Assembly (NCBI GenBank): GCA_041946735.1
Contig: JBHGAY010000021.1
Location: 1-64,000 of the forward strand
DNA: 64,000 bases
Direction: 5' to 3'
DNA from: Candidatus Eiseniibacteriota bacterium
Lineage (GTDB): Bacteria > Eisenbacteria > RBG-16-71-46 > CAIMUX01 > VGJL01
Shown one piece after another: positions 17,785-25,677 of this stretch. The notes under the pieces are model-generated. The model was not told the origin of the DNA, ran no database searches, and saw only the letters and a program-made list of their open reading frames with translations. The position numbers and the translations under genes are program-made. Positions within the stretch are counted from its first letter, which is position 1, and each line of letters opens with the position of its first letter.

Positions 17785-18552
17785 TTACAGCCGGCGGTAG
17801 AGGAAGTCGGGGATCGGGTAGCTGCGCCGGTTGAGCACGGTGCCGAGCACCTTGCAGCGAGCGGACTCCAGCATCGTGAGCGCCCGCTGCACGACCTCGC
17901 GGCGCGTGCGGTTCGCCTGCACGACCAGAACCACCCCCTCGCTCGAAGCGCCGAGCGCCGGCCCCTCCGGATTCTGGAGCACCGGCGGACCGTCGAGGAC
18001 GACCGTCTGATAGACCTGCCCCATGTCCTGAAGGAACTGCCCCATCGATTCCGAGATGATCACCTCCATCGGCCGCGCGGGGCTGCCCCCGGCGGGGAGG
18101 AAGTGCAGATTCGGGTCTTCGGTCGAGAGGATGGCGCGGGACAAGTCGATCTGGCGCGAGAGCACCTCGATCAGGCCGGGGCCCGAGCGAGGATGCGCGA
18201 TCGCATCGGAGAGGGTCCGGTTGCTTCGCACGAGGTCGGCATCGATCAAGAGGACCTTCGCCGCCGGACCGCGCGCGAAGGCGCGAGCAAGGTGCAGCGC
18301 GACCGTCGAGGCGCCTTCCCCGGGAACCGAGGAGACGACGGTGATGACGCGCTTGCCGGTTCGCGGCAACTCGAGATCGATCCTCTCCCGCAGCGTCTCC
18401 ATCTCCCGCATGAGGTGGAAGTCGAGGCCGCCCTTCTCCGGCGCGATCGCGCCGGCGCCCGCTTCGGGCTGGACCGGGAAGCCGGCCTGCGGAGCGGCGA
18501 CGGGAACGCCGGCCGCCTGGTTCTTCTTCAGAGCATCGAAGATGTTGCTCAT
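17785..18552 (-). CDS. CpsD/CapB-family BY-kinase-like protein, Walker A degenerate
   Basis: SSVPGEGAST, LLIDAD, GL.EVL, NLHFLPAG, VVLDGPP, GVVLVV, LGTVLN. Confidence 0.88.
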   Translation of the reverse strand: MSNIFDALKKNQAAGVPVAAPQAGFPVQPEAGAGAIAPEKGGLDFHLMREMETLRERIDLELPRTGKRVITVVSSVPGEGASTVALHLARAFARGPAAKVLLIDADLVRSNRTLSDAIAHPRSGPGLIEVLSRQIDLSRAILSTEDPNLHFLPAGGSPARPMEVIISESMGQFLQDMGQVYQTVVLDGPPVLQNPEGPALGASSEGVVLVVQANRTRREVVQRALTMLESARCKVLGTVLNRRSYPIPDFLYRRL

Positions 18553-19412
18553 GGCCTCCTCTCCACCGGAGCCTCCTGCAACCCCTCCATCGGAGGGCGA
18601 AGAAAGCCCGCGTCAAGCTCCCGGATCGCTTCGTGCACGTGCTCCGCCTCGATCCCATCGGCTCCCCTCGCATAGGCCACGAGCAGGGAGCGATCGCAGA
18701 GCTGATTGACGAGTCTTGGAATCCCCTCGGACCATTCGGTCACCGCCCACAGGGCCTCCGGGGTGAAGAGGCCGCCGCACCGTCCCCCGCTCGCCACCTG
18801 GAGCCGGTGCTCGATGTACTCCCGCACACTCTCCGCCGGCAGCCGCGACAGATCGCAGATCCCGGGGATCCGCTGCCGGAGCTGGCGCAGCGAATACTGG
18901 CTCAGGGTGGCGGCCAGCTCCGGCTGGCCGACGAGCAGAATCTGAAGCAGCTTCTGCGTGCTCGTCTCGAGGTTCGAAAGGAGCCGGAACTCCTCGAGGC
19001 TCTCGGGGGTCAGCGTCTGCGCCTCGTCCACGATCAGCAGGGCGGTTCCCCCGCTGTCGCGCCGCCGCAGCAGATATTCCTGGAGGGAGAGCAGCAGCTC
19101 GACCTTGGTGCGCGCAGGCGGATGGACGCCGAAGTCGAGCAGCGCGAGGTAGAGCAGCTGCTTGAACGTCAGCCGCGCGTTCATCACGACAGCGGTCTCG
19201 ACGTTCTCCGGAAGCTCGGCCAGGAGCGTGCGCACGAGGAGCGTCTTCCCCGTTCCGACCTCCCCGGTCAGGACGAGGATCCCCTTGCGCTCCTGGATTC
19301 CGTACTGGAGATAGGCGAGGGCGTCGCGATGGGAGCGCGTCAGGTAGAGGAAGCGCGGATCGGGAGTGATCTGGAACGGCGCCTCCCGAAACCCGAAGAA
19401 CTCCTCGTACAC
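18549..19412 (-). CDS. ExeA/GspA-like AAA ATPase of the type found in EPS/PEP-CTERM loci
   Basis: YEEFFGF...PF..TPDPRFLY, GEVGTGKT, LIVDEAQ, LVGQPEL, QLRQRI, GIPRLVNQLCD. Confidence 0.92.
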   Translation of the reverse strand: MYEEFFGFREAPFQITPDPRFLYLTRSHRDALAYLQYGIQERKGILVLTGEVGTGKTLLVRTLLAELPENVETAVVMNARLTFKQLLYLALLDFGVHPPARTKVELLLSLQEYLLRRRDSGGTALLIVDEAQTLTPESLEEFRLLSNLETSTQKLLQILLVGQPELAATLSQYSLRQLRQRIPGICDLSRLPAESVREYIEHRLQVASGGRCGGLFTPEALWAVTEWSEGIPRLVNQLCDRSLLVAYARGADGIEAEHVHEAIRELDAGFLRPPMEGLQEAPVERRP

Positions 19413-19421
19413 GGGCCCTTC

Positions 19422-20789
19422 CTAGCGGATCTTCGGCAACGACCCGAGCACCGGCACTCCCAGGTGCTCCTCAGCCTCGGTCGCGTCCTTGATCGAATGG
19501 TCGAGGCCGTCGATCACGAACGCCAGGGCGAAACCGATCAGGATCGCGAAGATCGGAATCAGCGCCATGCGGACGTAGTCGCGCGTGCGCTGGCGCTCCG
19601 GCTCGGTCGCGGCCTGTAGCAGCGAAACCTTCCAGGTCGGCCGGCCGGTGCTCTCGACCTTCGCCTGTACCTGGCGATCGATCATCGTTCCATAGTCGGC
19701 GCGCAGCGCCTGGATGATCCGGTCGTATTGCCCGAGCCTCGCCTCCTTGTCCGGCATCCCCTGGAGCATGTCGTCGATTCCCTGGACCGTGCTCTCGAGG
19801 GAATGCTGCTGCGCCTCGATCACCGCGACCCTCGCCTCGAGATACCGCGCATAGCTCTCGATCTGCTCGTCGAGCTGGCGCTCCAAGTCCTCGACCAGGG
19901 TCTTGGCGGCGCGCACGCTGGGATGGTCATCGGTGTAGATGCCCCGCTGGCGGTAGTAGTCCGCCCGCCGGGCGACCAGCTCCTTGCGGAGGTTGAACAT
20001 CAGGCCTTCGTCGTCGTACTCCTGGTCTCCGATCCCGAAGATGTCCATCTGGGGATTCTGACGCTTCTCCTGCTGGAGCTGGCGCACCGCTTCGAGCCGG
20101 GCGGCGTAGTCGGCCGCGCGGGCGCGCACGTCGGCGAGACGGCCCTCCGCGTCCTCGCGGCGGCGCAGGAGGCTCTCGCGCTCGTTCGGGATGCTGACGA
20201 TCCCTTCCTCCGTCATGAAATCGGCGCGACGCTGCTCCCACTCGGAGAGCCGGTCGCGGAGCCCTTCGATCTCCTCATCGAAGAAGCCGTCCACGACGGG
20301 CAGCGCCCGCTCCTGCATACGGAAGTTGATGTAGGCGCGGGTGAGCGCCCGCAAACCCTCGCGGGACGCGATCGGGTCGCTGGAGATGTAGTTCGCCATC
20401 ATCACGGCCGACTTGCCGCTGGGCCAAACGGAGACCTTCGTCGGATCGAAGCGGATCGGTGCGCCGCGACTGTCGACGGTCCCCTCGTCGGTGAGCAGCT
20501 TCTGCGCCTTCTCGGCCATCGACGGAGAGCGGAGCACCTCCATCTCGGAGTTCAGCTCCTCTTCCCAGGAGAGAAGCACCACCCGGCTGTTGTAGACGCT
20601 CTCGTGCTCCCCACGATCGATCAGCAGGCGAGCCTCGGAGACGAACGAGGGGGGCGTCGTGGCGTTCAGGACGAGGACGGTCCCGATCGCCGCGAGCAGG
20701 ACGGCCAGGATGATCCACTTGCGCCGGAACACGATCGCCATGAAGTCCCGGAGCGTCGTTTCCCTGCGAACCATCTTCACGTCTCTCAT
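19422..20789 (-). CDS. Wzz/GumC (Wzc N-terminal) polysaccharide co-polymerase
   Basis: LRDF..IVFRRKWII, two TM segments flanking a coiled coil, YTDDHP.V, C-terminal DHSIK..EAEEHLGVPVLGSLP. Confidence 0.9.
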   Translation of the reverse strand: MRDVKMVRRETTLRDFMAIVFRRKWIILAVLLAAIGTVLVLNATTPPSFVSEARLLIDRGEHESVYNSRVVLLSWEEELNSEMEVLRSPSMAEKAQKLLTDEGTVDSRGAPIRFDPTKVSVWPSGKSAVMMANYISSDPIASREGLRALTRAYINFRMQERALPVVDGFFDEEIEGLRDRLSEWEQRRADFMTEEGIVSIPNERESLLRRREDAEGRLADVRARAADYAARLEAVRQLQQEKRQNPQMDIFGIGDQEYDDEGLMFNLRKELVARRADYYRQRGIYTDDHPSVRAAKTLVEDLERQLDEQIESYARYLEARVAVIEAQQHSLESTVQGIDDMLQGMPDKEARLGQYDRIIQALRADYGTMIDRQVQAKVESTGRPTWKVSLLQAATEPERQRTRDYVRMALIPIFAILIGFALAFVIDGLDHSIKDATEAEEHLGVPVLGSLPKIR

Positions 20790-20801
20790 CGTATCCCCCA
20801 C

Positions 20802-21605
20802 CTATTGGGCGATGAAACGGATGTTCGTCTCATCGATGTGGAACGCGTTCCACCCCTCGAGATAGAGCGTGAAGGGGGGCGTGAGCTGGCGGAAATACTG
20901 GTCCATCAGGACGTCGACGCTCGCGATGAAGGTCTTCGGGACGTAGATCACGTCGAACGGGCGCACCTGCAGGTCTTTCTCGAGATGCTTGCCGCGCAGC
21001 GGGTCCCGGAGGTCGGCGGAGATCGCAACCGCCTGATCGGGCCCGAGGCGGCGGAGGATCACGACACTGCTGCGCTTCGCCCGGTCGTTGAAGCCGCCGG
21101 CTTGCGCGATTGCGGACAGCGTCGTCATGCCGCGGTGAAACTCGTGGTCACCGGGGATGCCGACCTCGCCCATGACGAAGATGCGCCGCTGCCCGAAGTT
21201 CGTGACGGCGACGCTCGCCTGGGGATAGCGCACGATCGTCGAGAGCATTTCGCTGATCTTGTCGTCCACTTCCTGCGGAGTCATTCCGAGCACGTAGAGG
21301 TTGCCGATCCCGGGGACCGTCACGGTCCCGTCGGGCAGCACCCGGAGCGGGCCGGACAGTTCGGGCGCTCCAAGGACCGTGAGCGTCAGCTCGTCGTAGA
21401 CCATGATGCGGTACTGATCGACCTCGGGGGTGGTCCACGAGACTTCCGAGTTCGCCGTGAACGGAAGGCTCGGGGGCGCCGATCGATTCCCTCCTCCGCA
21501 ACTCGCGAAGATCAACGGGAGAATAAGGATGATCAGGAAACCGGCGACGGTCCGAGGGGCGACCGGGCGACGCCTCATCCCGTCCGTGGAGGAAGTGCTA
21601 TGCAT
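20802..21605 (-). CDS. wza: Wza-like polysaccharide export lipoprotein
   Basis: Lipobox FASC; YRI..D.L, V.PDG.V.VPGIG...V.GMT, VMGEVG.PG, AIAQAGG, DVIYVP; start uncertain. Confidence 0.88.
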   Translation of the reverse strand: MHSTSSTDGMRRRPVAPRTVAGFLIILILPLIFASCGGGNRSAPPSLPFTANSEVSWTTPEVDQYRIMVYDELTLTVLGAPELSGPLRVLPDGTVTVPGIGNLYVLGMTPQEVDDKISEMLSTIVRYPQASVAVTNFGQRRIFVMGEVGIPGDHEFHRGMTTLSAIAQAGGFNDRAKRSSVVILRRLGPDQAVAISADLRDPLRGKHLEKDLQVRPFDVIYVPKTFIASVDVLMDQYFRQLTPPFTLYLEGWNAFHIDETNIRFIAQ

Positions 21606-21692
21606 CGGCACGCCTACCCATCCTTGGTCGGCCCCATGGGCCGTACTGACGACGCGAGACAAGACAATACAGCGCAAGACAGAACATGGAAG

Positions 21693-21721
21693 ACCCTAAC
21701 ACCCGCCCGGGATGGGGTCAA
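21693..21721 (-). promoter_or_regulatory. sigma70-type promoter of the wza operon
   Basis: TTGACC-N17-TAGGGT with TGn extension. Confidence 0.55.
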
Positions 21722-21773
21722 TGTAGCCCCGCCACGGCGCCGGTCGAACTATCGGACGCAACGTCCGTCCCCT

Positions 21774-22913
21774 TCAGGATTTGTTCCGCTCCGGGGGGGT
21801 GCCTCCTGGAGGGGAACTCCGGGGTCGGGCGCTGCCTCCCGGCGCCGGACTTCCCGGCGCGGCGCCTCCCTGCGTGGCGCGTCCCGGCGCCCCGGCGTCC
21901 GGGGGCTCCCCTGCCGGGGAGACCTCCCCCGCGTGACCTCCCTCCGTCGAGGCCCTCGGACCGGTGGTCCTCGCCCGCTCGAACAGGCAGCCCTGGATCA
22001 GCAGAGGAAGCAACACCTCGTGCTGCCCGATCAGGTAGTAGCCTTTCCCGCCCCCCAGCGTCGGCCGCCGGACGACGTTCTCGGCCGGCCGGTAGTGGCG
22101 CTGAAAATCGAAGACGGCGGTCGTCATCCCCTCGCTGGGCGCCCCGAGATTCTTCGCGACGCTGAACGCCTTCAGGAACACCTCCGGCAAGATGACTGCG
22201 GAGCCGAGGTTCAGCACGGTTCCGCCCGCGATCCCTTCGACCTGGGCGGCGAGAATCCGGAAGTCGCGCGCGGATGCGGCGCCGAAGGCGGCGCCGTCGA
22301 AGTCCGGGTGCTGATGGTTGACGTCGGTCCCGATCGCGACGTGGACCGTGGCGGGGACTCCGAGGCGGTAGGCGCAGGCGAGAACGCTTCGCGACCCGGC
22401 CCCTCGATCCGTTTCCAGGATGGTCCGCCCGATCGCCTCTCCCAGCCCTTCCTGCCGCGCGGCCGCTTCGCGCGCCGCTTCATTCAAGAGGGCAGCCGTC
22501 TCGCGCGCCATCCCGAAGAGCCCTTCGTGGAGTTCCGATGCCACGTCCTCCGATGTCTCTCCCCAGAGCCCGAGCTCGACGTCATGCACCGCTCCGGCGC
22601 CGTGGAAGCCGATCCCCGTTACCAGCTTCTCCTCGAGCAGGCGGATGAGCCCCGGTCCCAGGCCGGTCTTCAGGACGTGGGCGCCGCAGAGCGCGAGGAC
22701 CGGACGATCAGCGGCGCGTGAAGCGAGGATGGCGTGGACGACCGACTTCAGGTCGGCCGCGCCCAGGATCGAGGGGAGCGAGTCCCAGTAGTCCGAGAAA
22801 CGGGTGGGATCGTCGGGCGGACGGTAGAGCGCGTCTTCCCGGACAAGGCTCCCCCTCGCCTGCATCGGCACGCTGCGGATGCGGCTCAGGTCGCTTTCAC
22901 GATAGCGACTCAT
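21774..22913 (-). CDS. conserved hypothetical protein, possibly deoxyhypusine-synthase-like fold
   Basis: Conserved-looking blocks GAHVLKTGL, VHVAIGTD..H, NLGSAVILPEVFLKA, GQHEVLLPL; ATGA overlap with upstream gene. Confidence 0.65.
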   Translation of the reverse strand: MSRYRESDLSRIRSVPMQARGSLVREDALYRPPDDPTRFSDYWDSLPSILGAADLKSVVHAILASRAADRPVLALCGAHVLKTGLGPGLIRLLEEKLVTGIGFHGAGAVHDVELGLWGETSEDVASELHEGLFGMARETAALLNEAAREAAARQEGLGEAIGRTILETDRGAGSRSVLACAYRLGVPATVHVAIGTDVNHQHPDFDGAAFGAASARDFRILAAQVEGIAGGTVLNLGSAVILPEVFLKAFSVAKNLGAPSEGMTTAVFDFQRHYRPAENVVRRPTLGGGKGYYLIGQHEVLLPLLIQGCLFERARTTGPRASTEGGHAGEVSPAGEPPDAGAPGRATQGGAAPGSPAPGGSARPRSSPPGGTPPERNKS

Positions 22914-23770
22914 TTCCAGGCCCCCGGAGATGCCTCACCTCTCGATGGCCCACTTCCCGCCGGCGGCTCCTCGACCGGCGCGATGTCGCCTCGCTCGAAG
23001 CTCGTCAGCACCGCGGTGATCGAGCCGATCTTCACCTTGCTCTTCATCTGGACCGGCATCCGGCGCTCGTCGTCCGTGAGCCAGATCAAGAGCCTTCCCT
23101 CGTGCTTGAAGAGAGCCGGCACGCGGAACATCGGCTCGATCACGAGGCAGTCGAAAACGCCGGCGGGAACCTCGATACGTTCACGCCGGTGCACGAGCAC
23201 CTTGACCGGATAGTTCTTGCGGAAGGAGTGCGTGTCCAGCCAGAACTCGCTTCCTGGCGACAAGCGAAGCGTGCGCACGTAGTAGAAGGCGGAGAGGATA
23301 TCGTGCGCGCCCGCGGGGATCTCGTAGACCGAGCCGTCCGGGTAGGTGGCCCGCCGGCGCTCCGGATCGCAGGCGACGAAGTCGTCCGCGCAGAAGCGCC
23401 CTTCGCGGAGCGTCCTCGCGAAGCGGCGGCTCACGAGGAAGTCCCTGTCCATCCACGACTGCACGATGTCCCGGACCCGGTAGATCCGGTCGAACGTTGA
23501 GCTCGAGCGAGCGCGCGACACCACGTGATAGCAGGGATGCCCCTCCACGTCCTCCACCCCGGTGATCTCCAAGGAACCTTGCCCTGCTCGCAGGATTCCA
23601 TAGCGCACGGAGAAGACGAGCTTCTCGCCGACCTGGATCGCGGGGCTCGCGCCCGGCATGCGACTCGACGGGAGGGCGGCGGCCGTCGGGGGTGGGCCTG
23701 CGGCCAGCGGCGTTGGGTCGACCAGTAGCGCCGTCACGAGACAGATCCCGAGCGGCACTCGGGCGGTCAC
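22910..23770 (-). CDS. DUF3108-family exported protein
   Basis: Signal peptide; GEKL.F..RYG...AG, YRVRD, HDILSAFYYVR, EVPAG.F, IWLTDDERRMPV; GTG start overlapping dut stop. Confidence 0.82.
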   Translation of the reverse strand: MTARVPLGICLVTALLVDPTPLAAGPPPTAAALPSSRMPGASPAIQVGEKLVFSVRYGILRAGQGSLEITGVEDVEGHPCYHVVSRARSSSTFDRIYRVRDIVQSWMDRDFLVSRRFARTLREGRFCADDFVACDPERRRATYPDGSVYEIPAGAHDILSAFYYVRTLRLSPGSEFWLDTHSFRKNYPVKVLVHRRERIEVPAGVFDCLVIEPMFRVPALFKHEGRLLIWLTDDERRMPVQMKSKVKIGSITAVLTSFERGDIAPVEEPPAGSGPSRGEASPGAWK

Positions 23771-24354
23771 CGCGGGTCTCCCCCTTCCCCCGGAACGGTC
23801 GGGCGACGCTCCGGATCCGGCTGTCGCCCCGGATCGTCGGGCTCCGGGGAGACCGCGCGCTCCTGCTGTTGCGGTTCCCCCGTCCCGGTATGGCCGAACC
23901 CGCCCGCCCCGCGGCGCGTCGGCTCGATCCGCTCCGCCCAGTCGACGAGCACCGTCTTCACCTCCGCGAAGACGATCTGCGCGATCCGATCTCCGTCTCG
24001 CACGACGAACCTCTCCTTCCCCCAGTTCATCAGGAGGACGCAGACCTCGCCGCGATAGTCGGAATCGATCGTCCCCGGGCCGTTCAGGATCCCCACTCCA
24101 TGACGAGCCGCGAGGCCGCTCCTCGGACGGACCTGCGCTTCCCAACCGATCGGCAGCTCGAGCGCGATTCCCGAGGGAACGAGGGACCACGATCCGGGCT
24201 CGATCTCGATGGGATCCTCCAGGCAGGCGGCAAGGTCGAAGCCGCTCGCCCCGTCAGTCATGCGGCGCGGCAGGCGCGCGCCGGGGCGCAGGCGCGCGAC
24301 GCCGACGCGCCGCGGCTCGCTTGCGCCGGAGCCGCCGTCGCTCAGAAGTCCCAC
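23767..24354 (-). CDS. dut: dUTP pyrophosphatase
   Basis: SGFDL, RPRSGLA, GTIDSDYRGE, GDRIAQ, RGAGGFGHTG; GTG start 6 nt after GGAGGT. Confidence 0.93.
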   Translation of the reverse strand: MGLLSDGGSGASEPRRVGVARLRPGARLPRRMTDGASGFDLAACLEDPIEIEPGSWSLVPSGIALELPIGWEAQVRPRSGLAARHGVGILNGPGTIDSDYRGEVCVLLMNWGKERFVVRDGDRIAQIVFAEVKTVLVDWAERIEPTRRGAGGFGHTGTGEPQQQERAVSPEPDDPGRQPDPERRPTVPGEGGDPR

Positions 24355-25640
24355 TCCCCTACCTCCGGATAGCGGGCGCCCGCCGGGCCGAGCGCGACGG
24401 CCGAGAAGCGTTGCGGCTGCAGATACCGCTCGATCGCCGCCTGCACCTCGTCGCGGTCGATCGCCTGCACCCGGGTCAGGACCGAGGCGAGGTCCGGCTG
24501 CTTGCCGTAGTAGATCTCGCTCTGCGCGATCTGGTTCATGCGGTCGTAGGTGCTCTCGTAGGAGAGGAAATGGGACATGAGCAGCTGCGCCTTCGCGCTC
24601 TCCAGCTCCCAGCGCTTGATCCCTTCCTTCTTCAGCTTTCGGATCTCCTTGCAGGCGATCTGCAGGCTGCGCTGCGCGTTCTCCGGAGCCACCCCGAAGT
24701 AGATCCCGAAGAGTCCGGTGTCGACCAGCACGTCGAGGAAGGAGTAGACGGTGTACGCGATCCCCTCCTCCTCGCGAATGCGCTGAAAGAGCCGCGAGGA
24801 GAGGCCGGCGCCGAGGATCATGTTCACGACCGCGAGCGCGTGACGGTCCTCCGCGTAGCACGAAGGGCCGCGTCCGGCGAGCGAGAGGGAGACCTGCGTG
24901 ACCTCCTTCTCGAAATGGACCGCGCGCGAGCGGAACCGGGGCAGCGGGACGGAGCCGTTGGGGGAGGCCGACGGCGACAGCGCGAGGTGGCGCTGCGCGA
25001 GGGAGACGACGTTCTCGAACGACACGTGGCCCGAGGCGGCGACGACCACGTTGGGCGCCGTGTAGTGCTCCTGGTGGTAGGCGCGCAGGGTGCGGGTGCC
25101 GAAGCGCGCGATCGCCTCGCGGGTGCCGAGGATCGGGCGGCCGAGCGGATGGTTCGACCAGACCGTCTCGGACACGAGATCGTGGAGCTGCTCCTCGGGA
25201 TTGTTCTCGTAGCTCTCGATCTCTTCGATGACGACGCCCCGTTCGCGGTCGATCATCTCCCGTTCGAATCGAGGGCAGCAGAGGAGGTCCCCGAGGATCT
25301 CCATCGCGACGTCGAGGTGCTCCTCGAAGACGCGCGCGTAGTAGCAGGTGTGCTCTCGGGAGGTGAAGGCGTCGAGATACCCCCCGACGGTCTCCATCTT
25401 TTTCGCGATCTGAAGGGCGTTGCGGCGCCGGGTCCCCTTGAAGACCATGTGCTCGATGAAGTGGGTGATCCCGGCGAGCGAATCGGGCTCGTCGCGGGAT
25501 CCCGTGCGCACCCAGACGCCGATCGAGAGCGAATGCACCTGCGGGACCTCCTCGACGAGGATGGTGAGGCCGTTCGGCAGAACGGCCTTCTTCACCTCCT
25601 CGATCGGGCGGACCCTGTCGAGCTTCCGGATGAAGCGCAC
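24342..25640 (-). CDS. M16 (pitrilysin-family) zinc peptidase
   Basis: LPNGL, GSRDE, HFIEHMVFKGT (HxxEH), AFTSRE, SSRLFQ.IRE..G.AY; usual position after pnp. Confidence 0.94.
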   Translation of the reverse strand: MRFIRKLDRVRPIEEVKKAVLPNGLTILVEEVPQVHSLSIGVWVRTGSRDEPDSLAGITHFIEHMVFKGTRRRNALQIAKKMETVGGYLDAFTSREHTCYYARVFEEHLDVAMEILGDLLCCPRFEREMIDRERGVVIEEIESYENNPEEQLHDLVSETVWSNHPLGRPILGTREAIARFGTRTLRAYHQEHYTAPNVVVAASGHVSFENVVSLAQRHLALSPSASPNGSVPLPRFRSRAVHFEKEVTQVSLSLAGRGPSCYAEDRHALAVVNMILGAGLSSRLFQRIREEEGIAYTVYSFLDVLVDTGLFGIYFGVAPENAQRSLQIACKEIRKLKKEGIKRWELESAKAQLLMSHFLSYESTYDRMNQIAQSEIYYGKQPDLASVLTRVQAIDRDEVQAAIERYLQPQRFSAVALGPAGARYPEVGEWDF

Positions 25641-25677
25641 GTCTCGTTCCGGCGAAGGGAAGCCCGAGCGCCGGGAG

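Noticed and set aside
15580..22721. Very long plus-strand ORFs (1031 aa, 997 aa) and similar ones at 25420, 31011, 39513, 45803
   Set aside because: Antisense shadows of clear genes, expected in high-GC coding DNA; no motifs
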